A stretch of DNA of 64,000 nucleotides from Thermoplasmata archaeon (lineage in GTDB: Archaea; Thermoplasmatota; Thermoplasmata; RBG-16-68-12): NCBI GenBank assembly GCA_036395115.1, contig DASWDU010000011.1, positions 549 to 64,548 of the forward strand, in the 5' to 3' direction. This document shows, one piece after another, positions 8,465 to 16,872 of this stretch. Made by a program: the position numbers and the translations under genes. Every line of letters begins with the position of its first letter. Position 1 is the stretch's first letter. The notes below the pieces were generated by a model that was given only the letters and a program-made list of their open reading frames with translations, was not told where the DNA came from and searched no databases.

Positions 8465-9796
8465 TCAGCGTGGGATCTTCGTGACGGAGCCGAATTCCTC
8501 CGCCATCTGACCCAGGAGCCGGAGCTCGCGCCGGACGAGCGCGATCTCGCGTTCGCCGAACGCGGTCGGGTCGAACGGGACGAGGAGGATCGCCTCCCGC
8601 ATCGCGACGGATTCGCTCAGGTCGTGCAAGAGGGCGAGGACCGAGCCGAAGTCGTTGTGCGACACGAGGTACTCGAACCCGTCGAGGAGGACGATCGGGT
8701 TCTCGCTCACCTCGATGAAATGCTCGACCGCCAACGCCACCTTCTCCGGTGGCGACGGCCGGATCGCGTTCTTCTCCGTCGCGACGCGGCTCAGCCAGAG
8801 CACGGGCGTCTTCTCGAGCCCGTATTCCGTCATGACGGACTTCGGCGAGCGACGGGTGATGCACAGGCCTTGCGCCCCGTGCGTCACGGAGTCCTTGAAG
8901 ATCTCGAACGCCTGGCCCGCGTCCCGTTCCAGGACGGCGTACGCGTGGCCTCGGTCCAACTCGTACGTCGGCTTCGTGAGCAGGTGCGCCTCCGCCTCCG
9001 GCAGGATCAGTGCCTGCAGGAACGACTTCTCGCGGACCCCGAACGCGATCAGCCCGACGAGCGCCATCTCGACGATGAACCCGGGCGCCCGCAGGTCGAT
9101 CCCGTTGTTCGGGAGAAAGATCTCGAAGAGGAGTTCGCCGACCGCAAACCCCGAGATCCCGAAGATGATGAGGAACGTGTCCCGCCGGACTTCCTGCCCG
9201 GGTTTCGTCTTACGCAGGTACGCGACGAACCGGTACGGAGCGTAAAGGATCAGCGTCGCCACCGCGAAACCGTTGATGAATAGGAAGTACGGCTCGAACG
9301 AGATCACGGTCGGGTTCGTCGAGATGACCTGGACCGGGGACACGAGGATCGTGATGATCGTGATGACCATGATGAACACGTAGAACACGTACGAGCTCGG
9401 GAACTCGTCCGTCATGTAGGCCGCGAAGTCCTTGCGCGAGCTGATCGCCGGCGTCGTCGCGACGACGATGAACGCGCCGATCGCGATCGCGAACAGGTAG
9501 TCGAACGTCGCCTGAACCCGCTTCGACAGGACGATGCCGTCTTTGAGAGACTGGATGAACTGTTGTCCCGGTTCGGTGACGTAGATCCCAATGAGGACGT
9601 TCGAGATGATCGCGCAGACCAGCAGGGAGACCGCGAACAACAGAACGTGCTTCTGGAACACCCGGTGCGTCTTCTGCCGCGCGATCGCGACGATGATGAG
9701 GATCGATAGGAATAGCGCGCTCGCGGCGCTCAGGTACGAGACGATGCTGTCGCTGGCGGCCAGGGAGAGTCCCCCGTTTCGACGCTGCACCAACAC
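8465..9796 (-). CDS. polytopic membrane protein with a C-terminal DUF835 domain
   Basis: N-terminal ~270 aa has 7-8 predicted TM helices. The C-terminal ~170 aa match the DUF835 pattern (WLSRV...VLLDGFEYLVSHNDFGSVLALLHDLSE...LLVPFDP). Confidence 0.7.
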   Translation of the reverse strand: MLVQRRNGGLSLAASDSIVSYLSAASALFLSILIIVAIARQKTHRVFQKHVLLFAVSLLVCAIISNVLIGIYVTEPGQQFIQSLKDGIVLSKRVQATFDYLFAIAIGAFIVVATTPAISSRKDFAAYMTDEFPSSYVFYVFIMVITIITILVSPVQVISTNPTVISFEPYFLFINGFAVATLILYAPYRFVAYLRKTKPGQEVRRDTFLIIFGISGFAVGELLFEIFLPNNGIDLRAPGFIVEMALVGLIAFGVREKSFLQALILPEAEAHLLTKPTYELDRGHAYAVLERDAGQAFEIFKDSVTHGAQGLCITRRSPKSVMTEYGLEKTPVLWLSRVATEKNAIRPSPPEKVALAVEHFIEVSENPIVLLDGFEYLVSHNDFGSVLALLHDLSESVAMREAILLVPFDPTAFGEREIALVRRELRLLGQMAEEFGSVTKIPR

Positions 9797-9939
9797 GCGT
9801 CCGGCAGGCTATTTAAGCGGTCCCTAGCGGTTATCCGGAGCGATTCCAGCCGCCCCGTGTTCTCAAGAATAAGAATCGTGGCGGAGAATCAACACGGGCT
9901 CGTTCATATGCACCGTGGGCAACGACTCTCCTGAATTCG

Positions 9940-11232
9940 GTGACGCTCCAACCCGCCGTCCCGCTCGGCATCAACCGGGAGGACCTGGAACTCCTGTCCC
10001 GGACGGTCTTACGCCTCGGCGGATACGCCGAAGGCCTCTTCGAGTTCCATGACTTCGGGTTCGACAAGGCCTCCTTGCGGGACCACATCACGAACGTTCA
10101 CAAGGCTTTGAAGGAGCTTCGGGAGAACTCGACCTCAGGCGGCATCCCCCTGCGTCCGCCGAACATCCCGCCTGGGGCGTTCTGGGAGGACCAAGGCGAG
10201 GTGTGGAACTACCTGCAGACGCTCCGTTTCGCGGCGGGGGCGACGATGATGACGGAGCAGTTCAGCCCTCACATGCCGCGGGAGAACATCGCGAAGACAA
10301 TGACCGCGAAGGTCTACCGGGAATGCGTGATCGGCATCCTGGACGACCTGATCGACAAGGGGGCGTACTCGTACCTTGAGGCGAAAGACCTGCACCACAT
10401 GGTCCTCAGCACGATGTTCGATCCGGACTTCGATTCGACGTCGTTCATGAAGCGCCTGGTGACGATGCTGCGCCAGGACCAGATCCCTTTGTTCGACTTG
10501 ATCAACAACATCACCCGCGGGTTCAACGTCCTCTGGAACCACGCCCCCCATGGGGCCGACTACTTCTATCAGATGGAGATCATGAACGAACGCGTGGCCC
10601 TGAGCCAGGCCCTGACGATGTACCAGAAGGAACCGAACTTCTCGGTCGGTCGGATGGAGAAGGTCTCGGAGAGCTTCTACGCGCCCGACGACTCAATCAA
10701 TTGGTGGGAGAAGCTCGGCGGGCACGTGAGCGTCGCGAGCGGGCACAACCTGATCGACATGGCCTTCACCGACCAATCGTACGACCTCCGGCAGATGAAG
10801 AACTTCCTCGCAGGATGGTACTACTACGACGCCGCCGTGATCCTGATGGACCACGTGTCGAGCATCCACCAGGACCTCCGGAACGGGATTGCGAATCTCT
10901 CGCTCATCGCGATGCGGCAGAAGGAGCTCCGCGAGCTGACATCCCTGAAGAACTACAACCCGCACCTGACGATCGAGGACTACGACGCGCACCTGCGGCG
11001 CATCGCCGACCTCACGTCGATGGGGCTCCGCCTCGCGACGAAGGACATCCCGGACGAGAACCTCGTCTACCCGTTCATGACGATCATGATGCCCGTCGTC
11101 ATGATGGCCGACTGGATCGGGAACCGGGATGACATGATCCATACATTCCTCGAGGCGATCGCGCCCACGGTCAAGAGCGTCGCGGCCAACGGCAAGGTCC
11201 CGATGCGGGCCGTCGCGTCCGTCGCGGATTAG
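9940..11232 (+). CDS. hypothetical soluble protein with a DDLID (DDxxD) motif, immediately upstream of idsA
   Basis: 430 aa, predicted all-alpha, with GILDDLIDKG. No confident family assignment could be made from the sequence. Confidence 0.5.
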   Translation: MTLQPAVPLGINREDLELLSRTVLRLGGYAEGLFEFHDFGFDKASLRDHITNVHKALKELRENSTSGGIPLRPPNIPPGAFWEDQGEVWNYLQTLRFAAGATMMTEQFSPHMPRENIAKTMTAKVYRECVIGILDDLIDKGAYSYLEAKDLHHMVLSTMFDPDFDSTSFMKRLVTMLRQDQIPLFDLINNITRGFNVLWNHAPHGADYFYQMEIMNERVALSQALTMYQKEPNFSVGRMEKVSESFYAPDDSINWWEKLGGHVSVASGHNLIDMAFTDQSYDLRQMKNFLAGWYYYDAAVILMDHVSSIHQDLRNGIANLSLIAMRQKELRELTSLKNYNPHLTIEDYDAHLRRIADLTSMGLRLATKDIPDENLVYPFMTIMMPVVMMADWIGNRDDMIHTFLEAIAPTVKSVAANGKVPMRAVASVAD

Positions 11233-11340
11233 GCCATCCGCAGGACCTGACCCCGCGGTGAAACGCCCGCCTGCTTTGCGACGGCGTGGGAGGCCGGACC
11301 CGCAGCCCCTGGGGCGCCGGCGGTCCGGTACCCAGGAAAC

Positions 11341-11353
11341 GATTATATAAGCC
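11341..11353 (+). promoter_or_regulatory. TATA box (GATTATATAAGCC) for idsA
   Basis: Strong archaeal TATA consensus about 30 nt upstream of the first ATG (11384) of the polyprenyl synthase, suggesting a short leader or leaderless transcript. Confidence 0.4.
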
Positions 11354-11383
11354 GATTTGATAGCACGGATTGGGACGGCCCCG

Positions 11384-12355
11384 ATGACGGGTTCGCACGA
11401 TTTTGGCGTGACCAAGGAACTCGCCCTCGTCGAGGAGCGGATCCGGGAGAGCATCGTCTCGGAGGAGCCTCTCCTCCATGACATCGCGGCCTACGTGATC
11501 GAGGCCGGGGGGAAGCGGATCCGGCCGATGGTCACCCTCCTCGCCTTCCAGGCGCTCGGCGGCACGGATGTCCGCCAGGCGATCGACCTCGCCGCCGCGC
11601 TCGAGATGATCCACAGCGCGACGCTCATCCACGACGACATCAACGACGGCGGCGAGATGCGCCGCGGCCGCCTCGCAGCCTACCGGAAGTTCGGCGTGCA
11701 GAACGCGCTCGTGACGGGGGACTTCCTCTTCGTCAAGGCGTTCGGCATCGGCGGCAAGTTCGACGCGGACATCGTCGAGCTCACGGCGCAGGCGTGCGCC
11801 GCGCTCGCGGAGGGCGAGATCCGGCAGCAGCGCCACGCGTACGATACGCACGTGAGCCGCGAGGAGTGCCTCGACATCATCCTCCGCAAGACCGCGCTTC
11901 CGATGATGGCGGGCGCGAAGATTGCCGGCCTGCTCGCGGGGGCGCGCCTCGAGGACGTCGACGCCGTCGGGGACTACGGCCTGAACCTCGGGATCGCCTT
12001 CCAGATCGTGGACGACATCCTCGACGTGGTCGGCGACGCCCTCCGGCTGGGGAAGCGGCCGGGGACGGACCTCCGGGAAGGGAACGTGACGCTCGTCGCG
12101 ATCCACGCCCTGAACGACGGCAGCCGGATTGACGTGCCGGCCCTCGCCCGGCTGATCCGCAAGCGGCGCAAGCAGGAGGCCGACGTGCAACGAGGGCTCG
12201 CCCTCCTCCGCGACTCCGGCGCGATCGAGAAGGCGCGGGCCGAGGCCCTGACGTACGCCGAGCTGGCGAAGAAGGCGCTCGATCCGATCCCGGACAGCGA
12301 GGCGAAGGCGAACATGTACCGCCTCGTGGAGTACGTGTTGTCGCGCGACGCCTGA
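11384..12355 (+). CDS. idsA: geranylgeranyl diphosphate synthase (short-chain polyprenyl synthetase)
   Basis: FARM motif LIHDDINDGGEMRRG and SARM motif FQIVDDILD. ATG at 11384 is preferred over the TTG at 11357 given the TATA position. Confidence 0.8.
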   Translation: MTGSHDFGVTKELALVEERIRESIVSEEPLLHDIAAYVIEAGGKRIRPMVTLLAFQALGGTDVRQAIDLAAALEMIHSATLIHDDINDGGEMRRGRLAAYRKFGVQNALVTGDFLFVKAFGIGGKFDADIVELTAQACAALAEGEIRQQRHAYDTHVSREECLDIILRKTALPMMAGAKIAGLLAGARLEDVDAVGDYGLNLGIAFQIVDDILDVVGDALRLGKRPGTDLREGNVTLVAIHALNDGSRIDVPALARLIRKRRKQEADVQRGLALLRDSGAIEKARAEALTYAELAKKALDPIPDSEAKANMYRLVEYVLSRDA

Positions 12356-12367
12356 GGGGGCGCCGCG

Positions 12368-13465
12368 ATGCCGACCCCCTACGACGTCCTCGTGGTCGGC
12401 GCGGGCCCCGCCGGGGGGACGGCGGCGCGGTACGCCGCGCGGCGCGGCCTCCGAGTCTTGCTCGTCGACAAGCGCAAGGAGATCGGCGTGCCGGTGCAGT
12501 GCGGCGAGTACGTCGCCCACAACGACGAGGTGCGGGCGATCTTCCCGACCGTCTCGGATCTGGAAGACCTCATGGAGATTCCGTACCGCGTCCGGGAGGT
12601 CGACACGCCGGTCATCCGGATCTGGTCGCCGGCGGGACGTCGCTACGACATCCCGTTTCGCGGCTTCACGGTCCGTCGGGACAAGATGGACCAGGGGATC
12701 GCCGACCAGGCGGCGGCGGAAGGCGCCGAGGTCGCGACCGAGACGACCGTCCTCCGCGTCCACGGCGAGGACGTCGAGACAAACCGCGGCAGCTTACGCG
12801 CGAAAGTGATCGTCGGCTCGGACGGTCCGCGCTCGACGGTCGCGCGGTCCGTCGGCCTCGAGTGGCCCGTGTCCGGACCCGCCATGAGCGCGACCGCAGA
12901 GGGCGACTTCGGCACGGCGACGGACCTGTACTTCGGGAACCTCGCGCCCGGCGGATACGCCTGGATCATCCCGAAAGCCGGCTGCGCGAACGTCGGCCTG
13001 GGCACGTGGGAGCATTTCCGCGGGAACCTCCGCGCGCTGTTCGACCGGTTCACCTTCGATCGAGGACTCGAGCCCGGCAAGGCGACGGGCGGGTTCGTGC
13101 CCGTCCAGGGACCGCCTCCGCGAACGGTCGCCGGCAACGCGATGCTCGTCGGCGACGCGGCGGGGATGGTCATGGCGACGAACGGCGGCGGGAACAACGT
13201 GGCGATGATCGCCGGCCGGATCGCGGGCCACACGGCGGCCGACCATCTCCTCGACGGCACGCCGATCGACGCATACGAAGAGCGCTGGCGTTCCGCCGTT
13301 GGCGGCCCGCTCGCGCAAGGCGTGCGGATCAAGCACCTCGCGGACCGCTTCTTCGGGAGCGATCGCCTCTTGGAGTTGTCGATGGTCCTCCTCGGTCGGC
13401 GGCGGATGGCGCGCGCGATCCGCTGCCAACCGCTGTTCGTGCGGGGCAGCGCCAGTCTCTTATAG
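12368..13465 (+). CDS. geranylgeranyl reductase family FAD-dependent oxidoreductase (digeranylgeranylglycerophospholipid reductase-like)
   Basis: N-terminal YDVLVVGAGPAGGTAARYAA Rossmann motif and GGR-family length (365 aa). Adjacent to idsA. Confidence 0.8.
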   Translation: MPTPYDVLVVGAGPAGGTAARYAARRGLRVLLVDKRKEIGVPVQCGEYVAHNDEVRAIFPTVSDLEDLMEIPYRVREVDTPVIRIWSPAGRRYDIPFRGFTVRRDKMDQGIADQAAAEGAEVATETTVLRVHGEDVETNRGSLRAKVIVGSDGPRSTVARSVGLEWPVSGPAMSATAEGDFGTATDLYFGNLAPGGYAWIIPKAGCANVGLGTWEHFRGNLRALFDRFTFDRGLEPGKATGGFVPVQGPPPRTVAGNAMLVGDAAGMVMATNGGGNNVAMIAGRIAGHTAADHLLDGTPIDAYEERWRSAVGGPLAQGVRIKHLADRFFGSDRLLELSMVLLGRRRMARAIRCQPLFVRGSASLL

Positions 13466-13492
13466 CGGCCCGAAGTATCGAATCGGGAACCG

Positions 13493-14716
13493 ATGGACTT
13501 TCAATTCCTCGGCGGGGCGTCCGAGGTGGGCCGCCTCGGGATGGTCCTCAAGAAAGGGCCGATCTCCCTCCTGTTCGACTACGGGCTGCTCCCGCGAGAT
13601 CCGCCGCAGTATCCGATGCCCGCCCCTCCGGTGGACGGGATGTTCATCAGCCACGCGCACCTCGATCACACGGGGATGATCCCGTGGGTGACCCGCCGCC
13701 AGGACCTCGACGTCGTGCTGACCCCGTCCACGGCGGACGTCACGGACCTCCTCCTCCAGGACAGCCTGAAAATCGCGGATGCGGAGGGCTTCGACGCGCC
13801 GTTCGACGACGGCGATCTGCGGGGCGCCCGGCGGCGCTTCAAGACGATCGACTTCGGGGACAACGTCGACATCGGCGACCTCGAGGTCACCGCGCATCCG
13901 GCGGGCCACATTCCCGGCGCGACGATGTTCGAGGTGAATGGGACGGAGACGACCGTCTTCACGGGCGACCTGCACACGCTGACGACGGACCTGGTGTGGG
14001 GCGCCCGGCCGGTGAAGTGCGACACGCTCTTCATCGAGTCGACGTACGCGGGGCGCCAGCATCCGGAGCGGCTCAAGTCGGAGCATGCGTTCCTGAAGAA
14101 GATCGAGCAGGTCGTGAACCGCGGGGGCCTCGCGCTCGTACCCTCGTTCGCCGTGGGCCGGACGCAGGACATCCTCTTGACGCTCGCCAAGGCCCGCCAC
14201 GAGGTCTGGCTGGACGGGATGGGGAAGAAGGTGAACTCGATTTACGTCGAGCACCCGGAGTACCTCCGGTCCGTCAAGGCCCTGCGGAAGGCGATGAACC
14301 GCGCGCGCGTCGTGCGAGGTCGGAGGGACTCGCAGCTCGCGTTGCGGGGCGACGTCATCGTCACGACGAGCGGGATGCTCGATGGCGGGCCCGTCTTGCG
14401 GTACATCGAGGAGATCCGGGAGGACCCTCGCAGCGCGATCCTCTTGACGGGCTACCAGGTCGAAGGCACGAACGGACGGCGGCTCATCGACGAGGGCGTG
14501 ATCGAACTCCACGGCGTCACGGTCGACATCAAGTGCGAGTGGCAGAAGTTCGATTTCAGTGCCCACGCGGGCCACGACGACCTCGTTCGGTTCATCGAGG
14601 GATGCGATCCGCAGCGGGTCGTCCTGATGCACGGGGAGAACCGCCAGATCTTGGCGGACGCCCTCGAAGGACGCGAGGTCCTCCTCCCTCTGGAAGGCCA
14701 GTGGCACACATTGTGA
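13493..14716 (+). CDS. metallo-beta-lactamase / beta-CASP family nuclease (CPSF-like)
   Basis: HAHLDHTG zinc motif plus beta-CASP motifs (TESTYAG, HAGHDD). 407 aa. Confidence 0.8.
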   Translation: MDFQFLGGASEVGRLGMVLKKGPISLLFDYGLLPRDPPQYPMPAPPVDGMFISHAHLDHTGMIPWVTRRQDLDVVLTPSTADVTDLLLQDSLKIADAEGFDAPFDDGDLRGARRRFKTIDFGDNVDIGDLEVTAHPAGHIPGATMFEVNGTETTVFTGDLHTLTTDLVWGARPVKCDTLFIESTYAGRQHPERLKSEHAFLKKIEQVVNRGGLALVPSFAVGRTQDILLTLAKARHEVWLDGMGKKVNSIYVEHPEYLRSVKALRKAMNRARVVRGRRDSQLALRGDVIVTTSGMLDGGPVLRYIEEIREDPRSAILLTGYQVEGTNGRRLIDEGVIELHGVTVDIKCEWQKFDFSAHAGHDDLVRFIEGCDPQRVVLMHGENRQILADALEGREVLLPLEGQWHTL

Positions 14717-14800
14717 CCGGATGCCCCGGACATCGGCCGGGCTTCCTCTCGTTGGCGGGTCGTGCCGCTCCGTCGAGCGAGGACCGCAGGGGCGGACCCG

Positions 14801-16018
14801 TCAGATGCCGACGTTCCTCGCGATCATCGCCCGCAATGCCTTCCCCACGTACTTCAGGAGCCGCGGGTCTTCCTTGATCAGGGCCCAACCCACCTTCGAC
14901 GGGAAGTCAATGTCGCCCTTTCTCTCGATCAAGTCGCGGATCTCGGGACTGTCGAAGATGTCGAACAGCTCCTCGAACTGCGCGTCCGTGAGGCGCGCGA
15001 AGCTTTCGTGAATCGCGAGGTCCTTCCGGAGCTCCTTTCCGATCGATCTTGTCCACGCCCGGTGGTAGCGGTGGAGCATCCGCCCGGAACAGTCGTTCGC
15101 CTGGAGGGCCTCGATCGCCGTCCTCGCGGCGAGGTCGGAGCACGTCAGGGCCGTGAAGATGCCACCGCCGGAAACGGCCTTCGCCTGGCACGCCGCATCG
15201 CCGACGATCATGACGTTGTCCGCGTACGTCCGGCGCGGGAATCCGAGGGGGATCCCGCCCGCGATGTACAGGATCGGCTGCGCTCCCTTCGTGTACTGTC
15301 GCACCTCGGGGCGTTGCAGCATTCTCTCGAGGTAGGCGTACGCGTTCCCCTGGCCGACGCACAGGCCGACGCGGGCCGTGTCGCCGCTCGGAATGATCCA
15401 GCCGAAGAAGCCCGGGGCGATGTCGCTCCCGATGAAGAGCTTCACGAATCCCGGGTCGCCGCGCACCCCGGTCATCTCGACCTCGAATCCGGGGAGGATC
15501 TTCTTCGGACGCAGGATGTTGAACCATTTCGCGACGTTCGAACGGACACCGTCGCAGCCCACGAGGATCTTGCAACGCAGCTTCCTCGGCTGTCCGTCCT
15601 GATCGACGACGACCTCGACGCCGCCGTCCTCGCGTCTCGCGGCTTGTGCCTGAGCGCCGAGGAACGTGTGCGCGCCCTTCCGGACCGCGTCCGTGGCGAT
15701 GGCGCGGTCGAACATCGCCCGTTGCACGACGACGGCCTCCGTATCGCGCCCGTCGATGACGAGCTTGCGGCCCGAAGGCGAGTACAGCTCCGCCCCATGG
15801 ACCGCTCCGATGATCGTCTCCTTGCAGTCCACGTACTCGAAGACCCGCGGGGTGACGAGGCCGCCGCACTGGATCGGCTCGCCGATCTCGCGGTGTTCCT
15901 CGACGAGGGCGACCTCGTATCCGGCCTTTGCGACCCTGCCTGCGAGGTAGCCCCCGGCCGGCCCGGCACCGATCACGATGACATCGAAGGAGCGCGCCGA
16001 GGAGACCACGTGCGGCAT
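14801..16018 (-). CDS. geranylgeranyl reductase family oxidoreductase (second paralog)
   Basis: Internal ATG (MPHVVSSARSFDVIVIGAGPAGG...) gives 405 aa. The start shares one base with the upstream TrmB stop (TGATG). The 5' extension of the 678-aa ORF is rejected. Confidence 0.8.
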   Translation of the reverse strand: MPHVVSSARSFDVIVIGAGPAGGYLAGRVAKAGYEVALVEEHREIGEPIQCGGLVTPRVFEYVDCKETIIGAVHGAELYSPSGRKLVIDGRDTEAVVVQRAMFDRAIATDAVRKGAHTFLGAQAQAARREDGGVEVVVDQDGQPRKLRCKILVGCDGVRSNVAKWFNILRPKKILPGFEVEMTGVRGDPGFVKLFIGSDIAPGFFGWIIPSGDTARVGLCVGQGNAYAYLERMLQRPEVRQYTKGAQPILYIAGGIPLGFPRRTYADNVMIVGDAACQAKAVSGGGIFTALTCSDLAARTAIEALQANDCSGRMLHRYHRAWTRSIGKELRKDLAIHESFARLTDAQFEELFDIFDSPEIRDLIERKGDIDFPSKVGWALIKEDPRLLKYVGKALRAMIARNVGI

Positions 16019-16020
16019 CA

Positions 16021-16761
16021 CTCCTTCAGGTTCATGATGATCTCGAGGAAGTTCTCCAGGTGCTTCGACAGCGACGCGTTGTCGGTATACCCGCACGCGG
16101 ACAGGTCCGGCGCGGCGATGAGCGCGGACGCGCCGTCCACGATGACGTCCGTGGCGATGAGACCCTTCCGGTGGACGGACGACGCTCCCTCCGGAATCTT
16201 CTGCCCCGGCTCCGTGATGATCGTGAATCGGATGCCGCGGGCGATCGCCTGCTCGATTTTCTTCCCCACGTTCTCCCGGATCTCCGAGAACGTCGGCGTC
16301 GACACGATCACGTTCTCCATCGACTGATCGATGAGCTCGCCGACCTTCTCGAGGACGCGCGGCTTCGTCACGATCGTGTAGACGAGCTGCGGCTCGCCTT
16401 TCGACCTCAGGACTTCGTGGAGCAGGTCGAGCTTGGTGAACGTGTCCTCCAGGTGCTCGATGACGCGGCCCTTGACCTTCCCGGGCGCCTCCGGCTTGAA
16501 GATCGTCGGGCGGCCCCGGGTCGAGATTGCAAACCCTTTCTGGCAGAGGCTCTGCAAGACCTTGTACGCGGAAGTGCGCGGAATGTGCGCCGTCTCCGCG
16601 ATCGTCTCCGCGCTCCCGTAGCCGTGGGCCACGAGGGCGATGTACCCGCGCGCCTCGTATCCCGAGAGCCCGATCGATTCGAGGGTCCTCGTGGCCCGAT
16701 CGAACTCCGCCTCCAGGTCCGCACCCCCGGCGAGGAGCTTCGACAAGTCTTGCGGAACCAC
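16021..16761 (-). CDS. TrmB-family transcriptional regulator
   Basis: N-terminal wHTH (LESIGLSGYEARGYIALVAHGYGSAETIAETAHIPRTSAYKVLQSLCQKGF) and a TrmB C-domain. GTG start at 16761 inferred (VVPQDL...). Co-oriented with GGR2. Confidence 0.7.
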
Positions 16762-16791
16762 GATTCCACGATACCCTAGGGCGCCATTTGA

Positions 16792-16806
16792 CCTTTTCGA
16801 AAGGGC
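16792..16806. promoter_or_regulatory. inverted repeat CCTTTTCGAAAGGG in the divergent TrmB / DUF835-protein intergenic region
   Basis: Near-perfect palindrome with a TTTCGAAA core, between the divergent starts at 16761 and 16873. Candidate operator. Confidence 0.25.
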
Positions 16807-16872
16807 CGCGTGCGGGCCGGGCGGTCGACCGGCACAAGCCTTTATCCCGACGGGACCTTTCCGTCGCGGTCC

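Noticed and set aside
11171-12763. 530-aa minus-strand ORF across idsA/GGR
   Set aside because: Antisense to two well-supported genes, with low-complexity R/D/G composition.
12499-14877. 792-aa plus-strand ORF in an alternate frame across GGR and the beta-CASP gene
   Set aside because: Frame-shifted relative to the real genes. Extremely Arg/Gly/Pro-rich (RRGRGGRD...) and not protein-like.
14762-16327. 521-aa plus-strand ORF opposite GGR2/TrmB
   Set aside because: Antisense artefact. The minus strand carries recognisable FAD-binding and HTH motifs.
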